Assembly: GCA_002452295.1 (NCBI GenBank)
Contig: DKEX01000001.1
Coordinates: 29 to 64,028 of the forward strand
DNA length: 64,000 nucleotides
Direction: 5' to 3'
DNA from: Firmicutes bacterium UBA6811
Lineage (GTDB): Bacteria; Bacillota; SHA-98; UBA4971
Positions 47,035 to 56,613 of the stretch are shown piece by piece. Numbering within the stretch: the stretch's first letter is position 1; each line of letters starts with the position of its first letter. The translations under genes were made by a program, and so were the position numbers. The notes under the pieces are model-generated. The model searched no databases. It worked only from the letters and a program-made list of their open reading frames with translations, and was not told where the DNA came from.

Positions 47035-48323
47035 TGACGGGTTTCGGCATCCCATCCGGGCTCCGGCGGGCCGCACGGCGGGCGGTCCGGCCAGAGGTGG
47101 TGCTGCGCCGGCGCTGGGCGTACCGGGTCGCCTCCGCGGCGCTGCCGCTGCTTGAGAGGAACGGAGCGAGACCATACAAGGTCGCGGCGACAAGGTGTGT
47201 GCTTTCTGACTTCGCCGACGCCTACCTCGGCAGAAAGCCTTGCATATTTGCGAGCGCCTTCGTGCCGACCGAGCTGGTTTACGGCATGGGCGGCGTGCCG
47301 TTCCTGCCCGAGGCCGCAGCCGGCCTTGCGGCGGCCTTCGGCCTTGCGGCCGAAAGCCTTTCGGCCTGCGAGGCCCTATGGTATTCGCCAGACCTTTGCA
47401 GCTTCCACCGGGCCGGCCTGGGTGGGGCCGCGGCTGGCCTTCTGCCGCGCCCGTCCGCCGTGATCGTCTCGTCACACCTCTGCGACGGGGGGAAGAGGTC
47501 GCTCTTTCACATGAGCCGGCTCGCCGGGTGCCCGTTCTACATGCTGGACGTTCCGTACAGCTCCTCCGACCGGGCCGCGCGGTGGCTTGCTTCCCAGATC
47601 GAGCAGGTTGCCAGGGACCTTCCGCGGCGCGTGCCCGGCCTCTCCGCAGAGGGGCTGCCGCACGCGCTTGAGCGCTCCAACGAGGCCCTTACCGAGTATG
47701 AGCGAACCTCGGCGCTCAGGCGAAACGTGCCCGCTCCCTGGCGCGGGTCCGAGGCGCTGAACTACGTTCTGCTGTTCCTGTGGTCGTGGGGAAGCCCCTG
47801 GCTTGCGCCGTTCTATCGCGCGCTCCGGGTGCATCTCGAGAGGACGGTTGCCGCAGGTGACTTCCCCGTCCTGGGCGAGCGACACAGGCTCCTGTGGCTG
47901 AACCTGAGGCCCTATTACGATACGGGCGTGTTCAAGTATCTCGAAGGCGACTGGGCGTCGTCGGTGGCTTTCGAGGAGTACAGCTTCGCGTACTGGCCGA
48001 GGCTGAACCCCCGCGAGCCCTTCGCGAGCCTTGCGGAGAAGATGATGTCAAACTTCGGCTGGGGCCCGATCGAGCGCCGGCTCGAAGTCATCGCAAGGCT
48101 CGTGGGCGATTACTCCATCGACGGGGTGGTGCAGTTCGGCCAGTGGGGGTGCAGGCAATCCAACGGCGGCGCAGCAATCATAGCCCGGGAACTGAAAGGG
48201 ATGGGCATCCCCTTTCTCAACCTGGACGGGGACGGGGTGGACGCGAGATGCGGAAGCGAGGCGCAGGCCGTCACCAGGCTCGGGGCCTTCATAGAGCTTC
48301 TCGAGGCTAGGAGGGGCGGGTGA
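47031..48323 (+). CDS. 2-hydroxyacyl-CoA dehydratase family subunit (HgdA/HadB-like, HGD-D family).
   Basis: ASAFVPTELVYGMGGVPF, SSHLCDGGKRS, FGQWGCRQSNGG. Start overlaps the previous stop (GTGATGA). Confidence 0.65.
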   Translation: MMTGFGIPSGLRRAARRAVRPEVVLRRRWAYRVASAALPLLERNGARPYKVAATRCVLSDFADAYLGRKPCIFASAFVPTELVYGMGGVPFLPEAAAGLAAAFGLAAESLSACEALWYSPDLCSFHRAGLGGAAAGLLPRPSAVIVSSHLCDGGKRSLFHMSRLAGCPFYMLDVPYSSSDRAARWLASQIEQVARDLPRRVPGLSAEGLPHALERSNEALTEYERTSALRRNVPAPWRGSEALNYVLLFLWSWGSPWLAPFYRALRVHLERTVAAGDFPVLGERHRLLWLNLRPYYDTGVFKYLEGDWASSVAFEEYSFAYWPRLNPREPFASLAEKMMSNFGWGPIERRLEVIARLVGDYSIDGVVQFGQWGCRQSNGGAAIIARELKGMGIPFLNLDGDGVDARCGSEAQAVTRLGAFIELLEARRGG

Positions 48324-48329
48324 CGAAGG

Positions 48330-49103
48330 ATGTTCGTAGCCGGAGTAGATGTCGGGTCCACGACCACCAAGGCTGTGCTTTTGAGTGAGGGCAAGATTGC
48401 GGGATGGCACGCGATGCCTACAGGGGTGGACCTCGCCGACGCAGCGGCCGAGTGCCTCGATAGCGTGTGTCAGCGGGCCGGCACCGGCCCCGACATGCTT
48501 GCGGCCATCGTGGCGACCGGGTATGGCAGGGACAGGGTGGCCGCTGCCGCGAGGACCGTTACCGAGATCACGTGCCACGCCCGTGGCGCGCGGGCCCTTG
48601 TTTCGTCGGCGCTCGTGGTGGTGGACGTCGGAGGCCAGGACTCGAAGGTCATCCGGCTGGACGATGACGGCATGGTTGCGGACTTCGTGATGAATGACAA
48701 GTGCGCGGCGGGCACCGGAAGGTTTCTCGAGGTGATGGCCGCAAGGCTCAAGGTGCCGCTGGACGAGTTCGGCGCGAGATGGCGAAAGGCGAGGGAGGCC
48801 GCGAGGATCTCCAGCACCTGCACGGTGTTTGCGGAGTCGGAGGTCATAAGCCTCCTCTCGCGAGGCGTGGCCCCGGAGCCCATAATCAGGGGCCTGTGCG
48901 ACGCGGTGGCGGACAGGCTTGCGGGAATGGTCCATCGCGTGGGGCTTGGCGGCGATCTCGTGATGACCGGCGGGGTGAGCCGAAATGATGGCGTCAAAAG
49001 GTCGCTGGAGGAGAGGCTCTCCGCGGGTGTGACCGTTCCGAACGGATCGCAGTTCGCCGGGGCGTACGGCGCCGCTCTTATCGCTTTCGAGCTTGTGTCG
49101 TGA
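48330..49103 (+). CDS. CoA-substrate-specific enzyme activase (HgdC/BcrAD/BadFG ATPase, archerase).
   Basis: Acetate/sugar-kinase fold GVDVGSTTTKAVLL, VDVGGQDSKVIRL, and the [4Fe-4S] helix-cluster-helix region DKCAAGTGRFLE. Confidence 0.75.
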   Translation: MFVAGVDVGSTTTKAVLLSEGKIAGWHAMPTGVDLADAAAECLDSVCQRAGTGPDMLAAIVATGYGRDRVAAAARTVTEITCHARGARALVSSALVVVDVGGQDSKVIRLDDDGMVADFVMNDKCAAGTGRFLEVMAARLKVPLDEFGARWRKAREAARISSTCTVFAESEVISLLSRGVAPEPIIRGLCDAVADRLAGMVHRVGLGGDLVMTGGVSRNDGVKRSLEERLSAGVTVPNGSQFAGAYGAALIAFELVS

Positions 49104-49296
49104 GACAGGAGCGGAACTTCTGCGGGGAGGCCGCGTTCAAATTAGATGGTGCTTTTCCGACCGCCCGTCCCGGATGTGGATGCATGCCCTCGCCCGTGAC
49201 GGGCTTTTCGTCGAACTCATCGCCCCTGCCGGTGCCTGGACGACGGGGCCTTTGACGTTTGATAGGGACACAGCTGGAAAGGGGGAACACGTTGTT

Positions 49297-50289
49297 GTGA
49301 TCGAGGTGAAGAACCTGACGAAGACGTATGGCAGGGCAAGAGGCGTGGAGCACCTCACCTTCTCCGTGGAGCAGGGCGAGATCCTAGGGTTTCTCGGGCC
49401 GAACGGCGCCGGGAAGACGACAACGATGCGGATCATAACGGGGTACCTCGCAGCAACCTCGGGTAACGTGAAGGTGGCGGGCTACGACGTGTTCGAGGAC
49501 CCCATGGAGGCGAGGCGGAGGATCGGATACCTCCCCGAGAACCCGCCCCTCTACCGCGAGATGACGGTCAGAGGCTACTTGCACTTCGTATGCGAGATCA
49601 AGGGCATCCCGAAGGCACGCCGCGCCGGGCACATCGCCAGGGTCGTGGAGGCGTGCGCCCTGGGCCCCGTTTACGGGCGTCTCATCCAGAACATCTCCCG
49701 CGGGTTCAAGCAGCGCGTGGGGCTTGCGCAGGCGCTCCTCGGGGATCCCGGTGTCCTCGTACTGGACGAGCCCACGGTGGGGCTCGACCCGAGGCAGATC
49801 ATCGAGATCCGTGAGCTCATCCGCGGCCTCGGCGGCAAGCACACGATCATCCTCAGCTCGCACATCTTGCCGGAGGTGAGCATGGTGTGCGGGCGGGTCG
49901 TGATCATAAACAACGGTCGCCTTGTCGCCGTGGACACGCCCGAGGGCCTGGCGCGCAGGCTGCGCGGGTCGCGGTGCCTCGCCGTTCGCGTGCGCGGCCC
50001 GAGGGACGAGGTCGTATCGCAGGTGGGCTCGCTTGCGGGTGTGAGGTCTGTGATGCTGGAGAAGGCAGAGGCGGGCGCCCTCGCGAACGGCTCGGGCGGC
50101 GAGGTGCTGCTGTCGCTGGAGACCGAGCTTGCGTCCGATGTCCGCGAGGCTCTGTTCTTCAGGATGGCCGAGCTCGGGTGGCCGATCCTGGAGATGCGAT
50201 TCGTTGATCTCAGCCTCGAGGACGTCTTCCTCCGGCTCACCACCGAGGAGAAGCTGGAAGACGCATCGGAGGTGGCGGCAAGTGCTTAA
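49297..50289 (+). CDS. ABC transporter ATP-binding protein (ABC-2 type).
   Basis: Walker A GPNGAGKTTT, signature ISRGFKQRV, Walker B VLVLDEPTVGLD. GTG at 49297; the ORF-track N-terminal extension is rejected. Confidence 0.75.
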   Translation: MIEVKNLTKTYGRARGVEHLTFSVEQGEILGFLGPNGAGKTTTMRIITGYLAATSGNVKVAGYDVFEDPMEARRRIGYLPENPPLYREMTVRGYLHFVCEIKGIPKARRAGHIARVVEACALGPVYGRLIQNISRGFKQRVGLAQALLGDPGVLVLDEPTVGLDPRQIIEIRELIRGLGGKHTIILSSHILPEVSMVCGRVVIINNGRLVAVDTPEGLARRLRGSRCLAVRVRGPRDEVVSQVGSLAGVRSVMLEKAEAGALANGSGGEVLLSLETELASDVREALFFRMAELGWPILEMRFVDLSLEDVFLRLTTEEKLEDASEVAASA

Positions 50290-50995
50290 GACGTGGTCCA
50301 TCTTCAAGCGGGAAGTGGCATCGTACTTCCTCTCACCCATCGCCTATGTGATGGGAGCGGTGTTTCTCCTGCTCTCAGGGTACTTCTTCTCGATAATCCT
50401 CATGGCGACCCGGAGTGCAGGGCTGCAAGGGACCTTCGGTAACATGGCGGTCACGTTCATGTTCGTGGCCCCGGCGCTCACCATGCGGCTTCTTGCGGAG
50501 GAGAAGAAGCTCGGCACCGACGAGCTTCTCCTGACATCGCCTGTGAGCATCACTTCGATCGTGGTGGGGAAATACCTCGCGAGCGTTCTCACATACCTCG
50601 TATTCCTGGCGGCGACCCTCGTTTACGTCGCCGTCCTGAGGCACTACGGCAACCCTGACATGGGCCCTATCTACTCCGGCTACCTCGGGATGTCCCTACT
50701 TGGGGCGTCGTGCCTTGCGGCGGGGACCTTCGCCTCGGCGCTTACGGAAAACCAGATGGTCGCCGGGGTCGTGGGGTTCGGGATCCTCCTGCTCTTCTGG
50801 ATCCTGGGCTGGGTGAGTGCGGCCGTGCCAGGGCCTGTGGGGCACGCCATATCGATGCTGTCCATCCTGAAGCACTTCGACGACTTCCAGAAGGGGATCA
50901 TGGATCTCTCCCATATCATCTTCTATCTCAGCTTCATCTTCGTCTTTCTGTTCCTCGCGGTAAGAACCATCGACTCCAGGAGGTGGAGCGCATGA
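50282..50995 (+). CDS. ABC-2 family transporter permease (GldF-like).
   Basis: 6 TM helices. GTG at 50282 overlaps the upstream stop (GTGCTTAAG) and follows GGAGGTGG. Confidence 0.65.
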   Translation: MLKTWSIFKREVASYFLSPIAYVMGAVFLLLSGYFFSIILMATRSAGLQGTFGNMAVTFMFVAPALTMRLLAEEKKLGTDELLLTSPVSITSIVVGKYLASVLTYLVFLAATLVYVAVLRHYGNPDMGPIYSGYLGMSLLGASCLAAGTFASALTENQMVAGVVGFGILLLFWILGWVSAAVPGPVGHAISMLSILKHFDDFQKGIMDLSHIIFYLSFIFVFLFLAVRTIDSRRWSA

Positions 50996-52509
50996 GGCTT
51001 ACCATCCCTCGCACATGCCCGGTGCGCAGGCTCATACTGAGCCGAAGGATGCGATACGGGTCGAACGCCTTCGTGCTGACCGCGGTGGTGGTCGGGATAG
51101 TGCTCATGGTGAACTTCATCGCGGCGCGTCACCCCGCCAAGCTGGACCTCACGCAGAACAGGATGTACACCCTCTCCGAGGGGACGCGCCAGGTCCTTCG
51201 CAAGATTGACCAGGGCGTCAAGATAACCGCGTTCTTCCCCGAGGGAGATCCCATGGGCGAGATGGTGCGCGACCTCCTCAAGGAGTACACGAGGCTGTCT
51301 CGGAGGATATCGGTGTCGTTCGTGGATCCCGACAAGAACCCGTCGCTCGCAAAGGAGCACGAGGTCACCGCGTATGGAACGTCGGTGGTGGAGGCGGGGG
51401 GAAGGTCCCGCAAGGTGATGCAGTATGACCTCGTGGAATATAGCGACCAGGGCCAGACGGCCGGGTTCGCAGGGGAGCAGGCGTTCACCCGGGCGATAAT
51501 CGGCGTCCTTCAGGAGAAGGAGAGGCCGGTCTATTTCCTTGTCGGTCACGACGAGCGCGACATCGTGAAGGACTACTGGCAGGCCAGGTCGTTCCTGGAG
51601 GGTGAGGGATACACCACGAGGACCCTCAACCTGGCGACCGAGGGCAGGGTGCCCGATGACGCCGAGCTCCTCGTGATAGCGGGCCCCCGCAAGGACCTGG
51701 CGCCAAAGGAGATCGACGCCGTCGACGGTTATGTGAGCCGGGGCGGCAGCATCATGGTGCTCGCCGAGCCGCTCCCCCGCAAGGGTGAGCTTGCGAATCT
51801 CAAGGCCATGGTGGGGAAGTGGGGCGTTGGTCTTGACGACGACGTGGTCATCGACCCCGCGAGCCACTACTTCCTGGATGCCGGAAGCCCCATCCCGGAG
51901 GCGCGTTACCATGATATCACGACGAAGCTCATCACCGGGAACCTCGGGTGCGTGATGCCCAGAAGCCGGAGCCTGCACGAGGACAAAGAGGCAAGGGCGT
52001 CGGGCGTGTCTCGGGCTGCGCTCCTCGAGACCTCCGACAAGTCGTGGGGCGAGACGGACCTTGCGGCGAAGCAGGTTTCGTTCGACGAGAAGACCGACAT
52101 CAGGGGGCCCCTGGTGCTGGCGTACGCTGTTGAGCGCGCCCTCGGGCCGAAGGCCGGGGCGAAGGAGGCCCCGGGGGCATCGGCAGGCGGTGGTACGAAG
52201 GGGGCGAACGGGGAGACGGCCGCAGGCAGCGCCGGGCCCAGGGCGAGGATGCTCGTGGTCGGCAACGCGAGCTTCCTCGACGATGACGTGGTGAAGTTCC
52301 AGGGGAACATCGACTTCTTCATGAACTCCGTGGGCTGGCTTGTGGGACGGGAGGAGTCCATCACCATACGGGCCAAGGCGCCCAGTTTCAACCAGGTGTA
52401 CCTCACTGACACACAGGCGAAGCTCGTGTTCTACTCCACGGTGGTGGGGCTGCCGCTGCTCTTCGTGGCGGTTGGCGGTGGCATATGGCTGAGGAGGCGC
52501 AACCTATGA
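50992..52509 (+). CDS. GldG-like ABC-transporter auxiliary component.
   Basis: N- and C-terminal TM anchors with a large extracytoplasmic domain (ITAFFPEGDPMG..., VVIDPASHYF). ATGA overlap with the permease. Confidence 0.65.
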   Translation: MRLTIPRTCPVRRLILSRRMRYGSNAFVLTAVVVGIVLMVNFIAARHPAKLDLTQNRMYTLSEGTRQVLRKIDQGVKITAFFPEGDPMGEMVRDLLKEYTRLSRRISVSFVDPDKNPSLAKEHEVTAYGTSVVEAGGRSRKVMQYDLVEYSDQGQTAGFAGEQAFTRAIIGVLQEKERPVYFLVGHDERDIVKDYWQARSFLEGEGYTTRTLNLATEGRVPDDAELLVIAGPRKDLAPKEIDAVDGYVSRGGSIMVLAEPLPRKGELANLKAMVGKWGVGLDDDVVIDPASHYFLDAGSPIPEARYHDITTKLITGNLGCVMPRSRSLHEDKEARASGVSRAALLETSDKSWGETDLAAKQVSFDEKTDIRGPLVLAYAVERALGPKAGAKEAPGASAGGGTKGANGETAAGSAGPRARMLVVGNASFLDDDVVKFQGNIDFFMNSVGWLVGREESITIRAKAPSFNQVYLTDTQAKLVFYSTVVGLPLLFVAVGGGIWLRRRNL

Positions 52510-53963
52510 GGAAGTTCGCGGGAACTTTCGTCGCCCTTGCGGTGCTGGTGGTCCTTGGTGCGTACATCCTCTTCATAGAGGGCGTGAAGCCCCCGGACAG
52601 GGATGCCGACAACGTCATTATCAAGGTTGCGGCGGATGACATCACGCATCTTGCCATAGAGCAGAGCTCCGGTCGGGTCGAGGTCGGAAGGGGCGCCGAC
52701 GGCAAGTGGGCGATCGCCTCGCCGAGGCGACTTGCGGCAAACCAGGCTGCGGTCAAGGCAGTGGTGGACGCCGCCGTGAAGCTCGAGTGCGAGAAAAAGG
52801 TCACTGACAGTGCCGACGCCGGCGACCTCGATGCGTTCGGCCTCGCGGCCCCCGAGTTCAAGGTCACCCTCGATACCAGGCAGGGGAGGAAAACCGTGCT
52901 CGTGGGGGCCGAGACCCCGGTAGGGAGCGCGCGCTACGTGAAACTCGCCGACAGCGACCCAGTCTATACCCTCGCGTCCGGCACCGTATCCGCCCTGCGC
53001 AAAAGCCTCGACGACCTGCGTGAGCGGGAGATCCTCAGGGTGTCGAACGATTCGGTTACGGCCCTGCGCCTCGTGAAGCCAGGAGGCGGTGAGATCAGGC
53101 TGGAGAGAGAAGGCGGCACAGGAGGCGAGTGGCGCATTACCCACCCATTCGATGACGAGGCCGACAGGTGGAAGGTGAACGAAGTCATCTGGGACCTCAC
53201 CAGCCTGAACGTCAGCGAGTTCGTGGACGATGACGGGAAGGACCTCGCCCGCTGGGGGCTCGACCGCCCGCGGCTGCGCGTGGATGCCCGTAGCTCCGAG
53301 CGCTTCCTGCCGCTGGAGCTATTCGTGGGAGCCCCCGGCCCGGGCGGCAAGGGCTTCTATGTGCGGACGTCCGACTCGCCCTCGATCTACCTGGTGAACC
53401 CCGCTGCCTTCTCCCCTCTCGAAACCGGGGCGCTCGACGTTGTGAAGAGGGACCTTCTCACGTGGAACGACGACGACCTCCTTCGCGTCACGTGTGACGA
53501 CCAGGGGAAGGCGGTGACGCTCCTCAGGGACGGCAAGGAGTGGACGGCTGCGCCTCCCGGCCCGGCGGGCGCAGGCGTGGCCGCGAGGATCGCGCCCGGG
53601 GCCGGGGCGCCCGCGACGGCCGCGCCCGAGGTCGTGAAGGAGGGCGAGAAATGGCACCTGAAGGCCGATGCCAGGAAGCGCCCCGCCGAGGACATGGGGA
53701 GGCTCTGGGCGGCACTGCGGGGTGCCAGCGTGTCCCAGGTCGTTCAGGGCGCGGTCGCCGGCGCCGACGAGGCCCGCTACGGGCTCGATCGGCCCAGGAT
53801 CCGCGTCGAGCTTGACCTCGGCGATGGCAAGGTCCTCGAGCTCAGGGTTGGGTCCAGGGGTGGCGAGGGGTACTACGCCACCGCCACCGGCAGGGGTCTC
53901 GTCTACGTCGTCGAGGAAGCGAAGGCGCAAGCCCTTGAGCGCGCGATTGACGCGCTGCTATAG
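52506..53963 (+). CDS. DUF4340-domain protein (the partner usually found after GldG-like genes).
   Basis: N-terminal TM anchor and repeated beta-rich modules. ATGA overlap with the gldG-like gene. Confidence 0.5.
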   Translation: MRKFAGTFVALAVLVVLGAYILFIEGVKPPDRDADNVIIKVAADDITHLAIEQSSGRVEVGRGADGKWAIASPRRLAANQAAVKAVVDAAVKLECEKKVTDSADAGDLDAFGLAAPEFKVTLDTRQGRKTVLVGAETPVGSARYVKLADSDPVYTLASGTVSALRKSLDDLREREILRVSNDSVTALRLVKPGGGEIRLEREGGTGGEWRITHPFDDEADRWKVNEVIWDLTSLNVSEFVDDDGKDLARWGLDRPRLRVDARSSERFLPLELFVGAPGPGGKGFYVRTSDSPSIYLVNPAAFSPLETGALDVVKRDLLTWNDDDLLRVTCDDQGKAVTLLRDGKEWTAAPPGPAGAGVAARIAPGAGAPATAAPEVVKEGEKWHLKADARKRPAEDMGRLWAALRGASVSQVVQGAVAGADEARYGLDRPRIRVELDLGDGKVLELRVGSRGGEGYYATATGRGLVYVVEEAKAQALERAIDALL

Positions 53964-54065
53964 GGACTCGGTTGCCATCCGCTGGCGCCACGGTCTGGCC
54001 CGCTGCGATACGCGGCGGGCCGCAACTTTCTCCGCAATGTGCAGGAGTTCTGACCAGATGCGATG

Positions 54066-54090
54066 AAGTATTAGCCCGGTGCTAATACTT
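54066..54090 (+). promoter_or_regulatory. AT-rich perfect inverted repeat AAGTATTAGC-ccggt-GCTAATACTT (10-bp arms, 5-bp spacer). Candidate operator.
   Basis: Read directly. Local AT content contrasts sharply with the approx. 68% GC background. Lies about 180-200 nt upstream of the MBL-fold gene. Confidence 0.5.
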
Positions 54091-54269
54091 GAGGAGTAAC
54101 TCGCTGGCACCGGGGCAGGGACCAGCATATGAGCACACGCAGATTCATCGAGGACAGTCTGGAGCGGCCCTGCCTGCGGACAGAGAGGCGACCCGGGCAC
54201 CGGCATGGGTCTGGGCCTCGGCCTCAGCCTCGCGCTCGGCCCGGGCGCGCAGGCTCGGGGGCGTTCCGC

Positions 54270-55124
54270 GTGCTCGGCGCGCTGGCCATGGTGGCTATTG
54301 TGCTCGTGCTGTCGCTGCTCGCAGCGGGCGCCGGGTCGGCCGGAGCCGGGAGCGGTCGCCTCGCCGTGCACTTCATCGACGTCGGCCAGGGCGATTCCAT
54401 CCTCGTCCAGGCGCCGTCAGGCAAAACCATGCTCATCGACGGGGGCCCCGCTGACGCCTCCGCGCGACTGGTCGCTTGTCTCGAGGCAGAGAAGGTTTCC
54501 GGGATAGACGTGCTGGTGGCCACCCACCCTCACGCGGACCACATAGGCGGCCTGGCCGAGGTGCTTCGCACATTCCCCGTGGACCTTGTGGTGGACTCGG
54601 GGAAGGTCCATACCACGGCGACGTACGAGCGGTTTCTCACCCTCATAGACCAGAAGAACATCCGCTTTCGCCTTGGCAGGGCTGGGGACAGGATCGACCT
54701 CGGGCCAGGCCTCGACGCGGAGATCCTGCACCCATCGGAGCCTCTGCCTGAGAACATGAATGACTGCTCCATCGTCATCAGGCTGCGATACGGGAAGGTC
54801 GGCTTCCTTTTCACGGGCGACGCGGAAAGGGAGGCCGAGGGCGCGATGCTGGATAGCGGCGCCGACCTTAGCGCAACCGTGCTCAAGGTCGCCCACCACG
54901 GCAGCAGGACCTCGTCCAGCCCGTGGTTCCTCGAGGCCGTGAAGCCGACCGTCGCCGTGATCATGGTGGGGGCGGGGAACTCCTACGGTCACCCCCATCG
55001 CATGACTCTGCTGAATCTCCAGGACTACATGGACAGGGTGTACCGGACCGACCTCGACGGCGATGTGGTCATGACGACGGACGGGACGACGTTTGAGGTG
55101 AGGACCGCGCGGAGCGGGCCCTAA
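54270..55124 (+). CDS. MBL-fold metallo-hydrolase, ComEC/Rec2-type lactamase domain, membrane-anchored.
   Basis: HFIDVGQGDSILV and ATHPHADHIGGL plus a downstream HHGS motif. N-terminal TM anchor. Start is ambiguous (54129 ATG without RBS, 54270 GTG, or 54288 ATG). Confidence 0.7.
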   Translation: MLGALAMVAIVLVLSLLAAGAGSAGAGSGRLAVHFIDVGQGDSILVQAPSGKTMLIDGGPADASARLVACLEAEKVSGIDVLVATHPHADHIGGLAEVLRTFPVDLVVDSGKVHTTATYERFLTLIDQKNIRFRLGRAGDRIDLGPGLDAEILHPSEPLPENMNDCSIVIRLRYGKVGFLFTGDAEREAEGAMLDSGADLSATVLKVAHHGSRTSSSPWFLEAVKPTVAVIMVGAGNSYGHPHRMTLLNLQDYMDRVYRTDLDGDVVMTTDGTTFEVRTARSGP

Positions 55125-55218
55125 CCGGGTGAGGAGCGAGGGGCGGGCTCCGCACCCGCCAGGTCGGGCACCAGTGGCCGTTCAAAGAAGGCTAAAACCT
55201 CAAGGGGAGAGTGATCGA

Positions 55219-56595
55219 ATGCTGGACCTGCTCAAGTCGGTCGTGGCCGAGGCTCCGGGTTACGCGGAGATCCGGTACCACAAGCGACTCTTGACCACCG
55301 TCGATGCTCGCAACGGCACGCTGAAGCGGGTGGAGCGGCGCATCCTGGCCGGCGCCGGGGTGAGGTGCCTCGTTGACGGCTCATGGGGCTTCGTTTCCAC
55401 CACCGACGTGAGCGAGGGAGGCCTGCAGAGGGCGGTTATGGAGGCCTCCGACGCGGCCAGGGCAGGCGCCAGGCTGCGCCGGGAGAAGGCCAGGCTTGCG
55501 CCGGCGCGCCTTGCGAGGGGCGAGTTCGTCTACCAGGATAGCGACGGCGAGCCCGACATCGCCGCGAAGATCGAGGTGGTTCTCGATGCGGAGAAGCGCA
55601 TGCGCGCCGCCTCACGTCTGGTGGTTGGAAGCATCGTGATCTACACAGGGTATGCAGACGAGAAGTTCATCGTAACCTCCGACGGCACCGAGGCGCACAT
55701 CGTTGACCGAAAGCCCAGCTTTCACCTGTTCGCCACGGTCCTCCGGGGTGAGGTCCGCGAGACGGCCGGCAAAGGCTGGGGCGTCACCGGCAACTGGTGC
55801 AACCTCATGAAGAAGCGGGACCTCAACAGGATGGTTGACGAGGCGGTGGACCTTGCTGTAAGGAAACTCGACGCAGGCTATGCGAAGGGCGGCCGGTACA
55901 CCGTCATCCTCGACCCTCAGCTTGTGGGGGTGCTGTCTCATGAGGCGATAGGGCACACCGTTGAGGCGGACTTCGTGCAGAGCGGGTCCGTGGTGAAGGA
56001 TAAGATCGGCGAGAAGGTCGCAAGCGAACTCGTTACCCTGGTCGACGACGGCACGATGCAGGGAGCCGCGGGCATGGTGCTGGTGGATGACGAGGGCGTG
56101 CTGGGGGAGCGCACCATCGTCATCGACAAGGGGATCCTGCGCAGCTACCTCCACAGCCGCGAGTCCGCCGCGGCGTTAGACGCCGCAGCGCGCGGCAACG
56201 CGCGGGCGTTTACCTACCGCGACGAGCCTATCATACGGATGACGAACACGTTCATCCTCCCTGGCGAGGACAGTCTCGAGGACATGATCGCCGGGATAGA
56301 TGACGGCTTCTTCCTCAAGGAGATGGGGCAGGGAGGGCAGGCCGACGCCACGGCCGAGTTCATGTTTGGGATAGCGGAGGCGTACAGGATCAGGCAGGGG
56401 AAGATCGGCGAGCTTGTCAAGGGCATAACCATCTCCGGCCAGGCGTTCGACGTGCTGAAGAGCGTGGATGCAGCATCGAGTGACTTCGAGCTCGACCTGG
56501 GCTCCGGGCACTGTGGCAAGTGGCAGCCTGCGAAGGTCGATGCAGGCGGGCCGTACCTGCGGTGCCGCGTGACCATCGGTGGGCGCCATGAGTGA
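55219..56595 (+). CDS. tldD: TldD-family metalloprotease.
   Basis: HEAIGHTVEADF HExxxH motif, GGxxGxG-like regions. ATG at 55219 follows AGGGGAGA. Confidence 0.8.
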   Translation: MLDLLKSVVAEAPGYAEIRYHKRLLTTVDARNGTLKRVERRILAGAGVRCLVDGSWGFVSTTDVSEGGLQRAVMEASDAARAGARLRREKARLAPARLARGEFVYQDSDGEPDIAAKIEVVLDAEKRMRAASRLVVGSIVIYTGYADEKFIVTSDGTEAHIVDRKPSFHLFATVLRGEVRETAGKGWGVTGNWCNLMKKRDLNRMVDEAVDLAVRKLDAGYAKGGRYTVILDPQLVGVLSHEAIGHTVEADFVQSGSVVKDKIGEKVASELVTLVDDGTMQGAAGMVLVDDEGVLGERTIVIDKGILRSYLHSRESAAALDAAARGNARAFTYRDEPIIRMTNTFILPGEDSLEDMIAGIDDGFFLKEMGQGGQADATAEFMFGIAEAYRIRQGKIGELVKGITISGQAFDVLKSVDAASSDFELDLGSGHCGKWQPAKVDAGGPYLRCRVTIGGRHE

Positions 56596-56613
56596 AGGAG
56601 GGCGAAGAATCGC

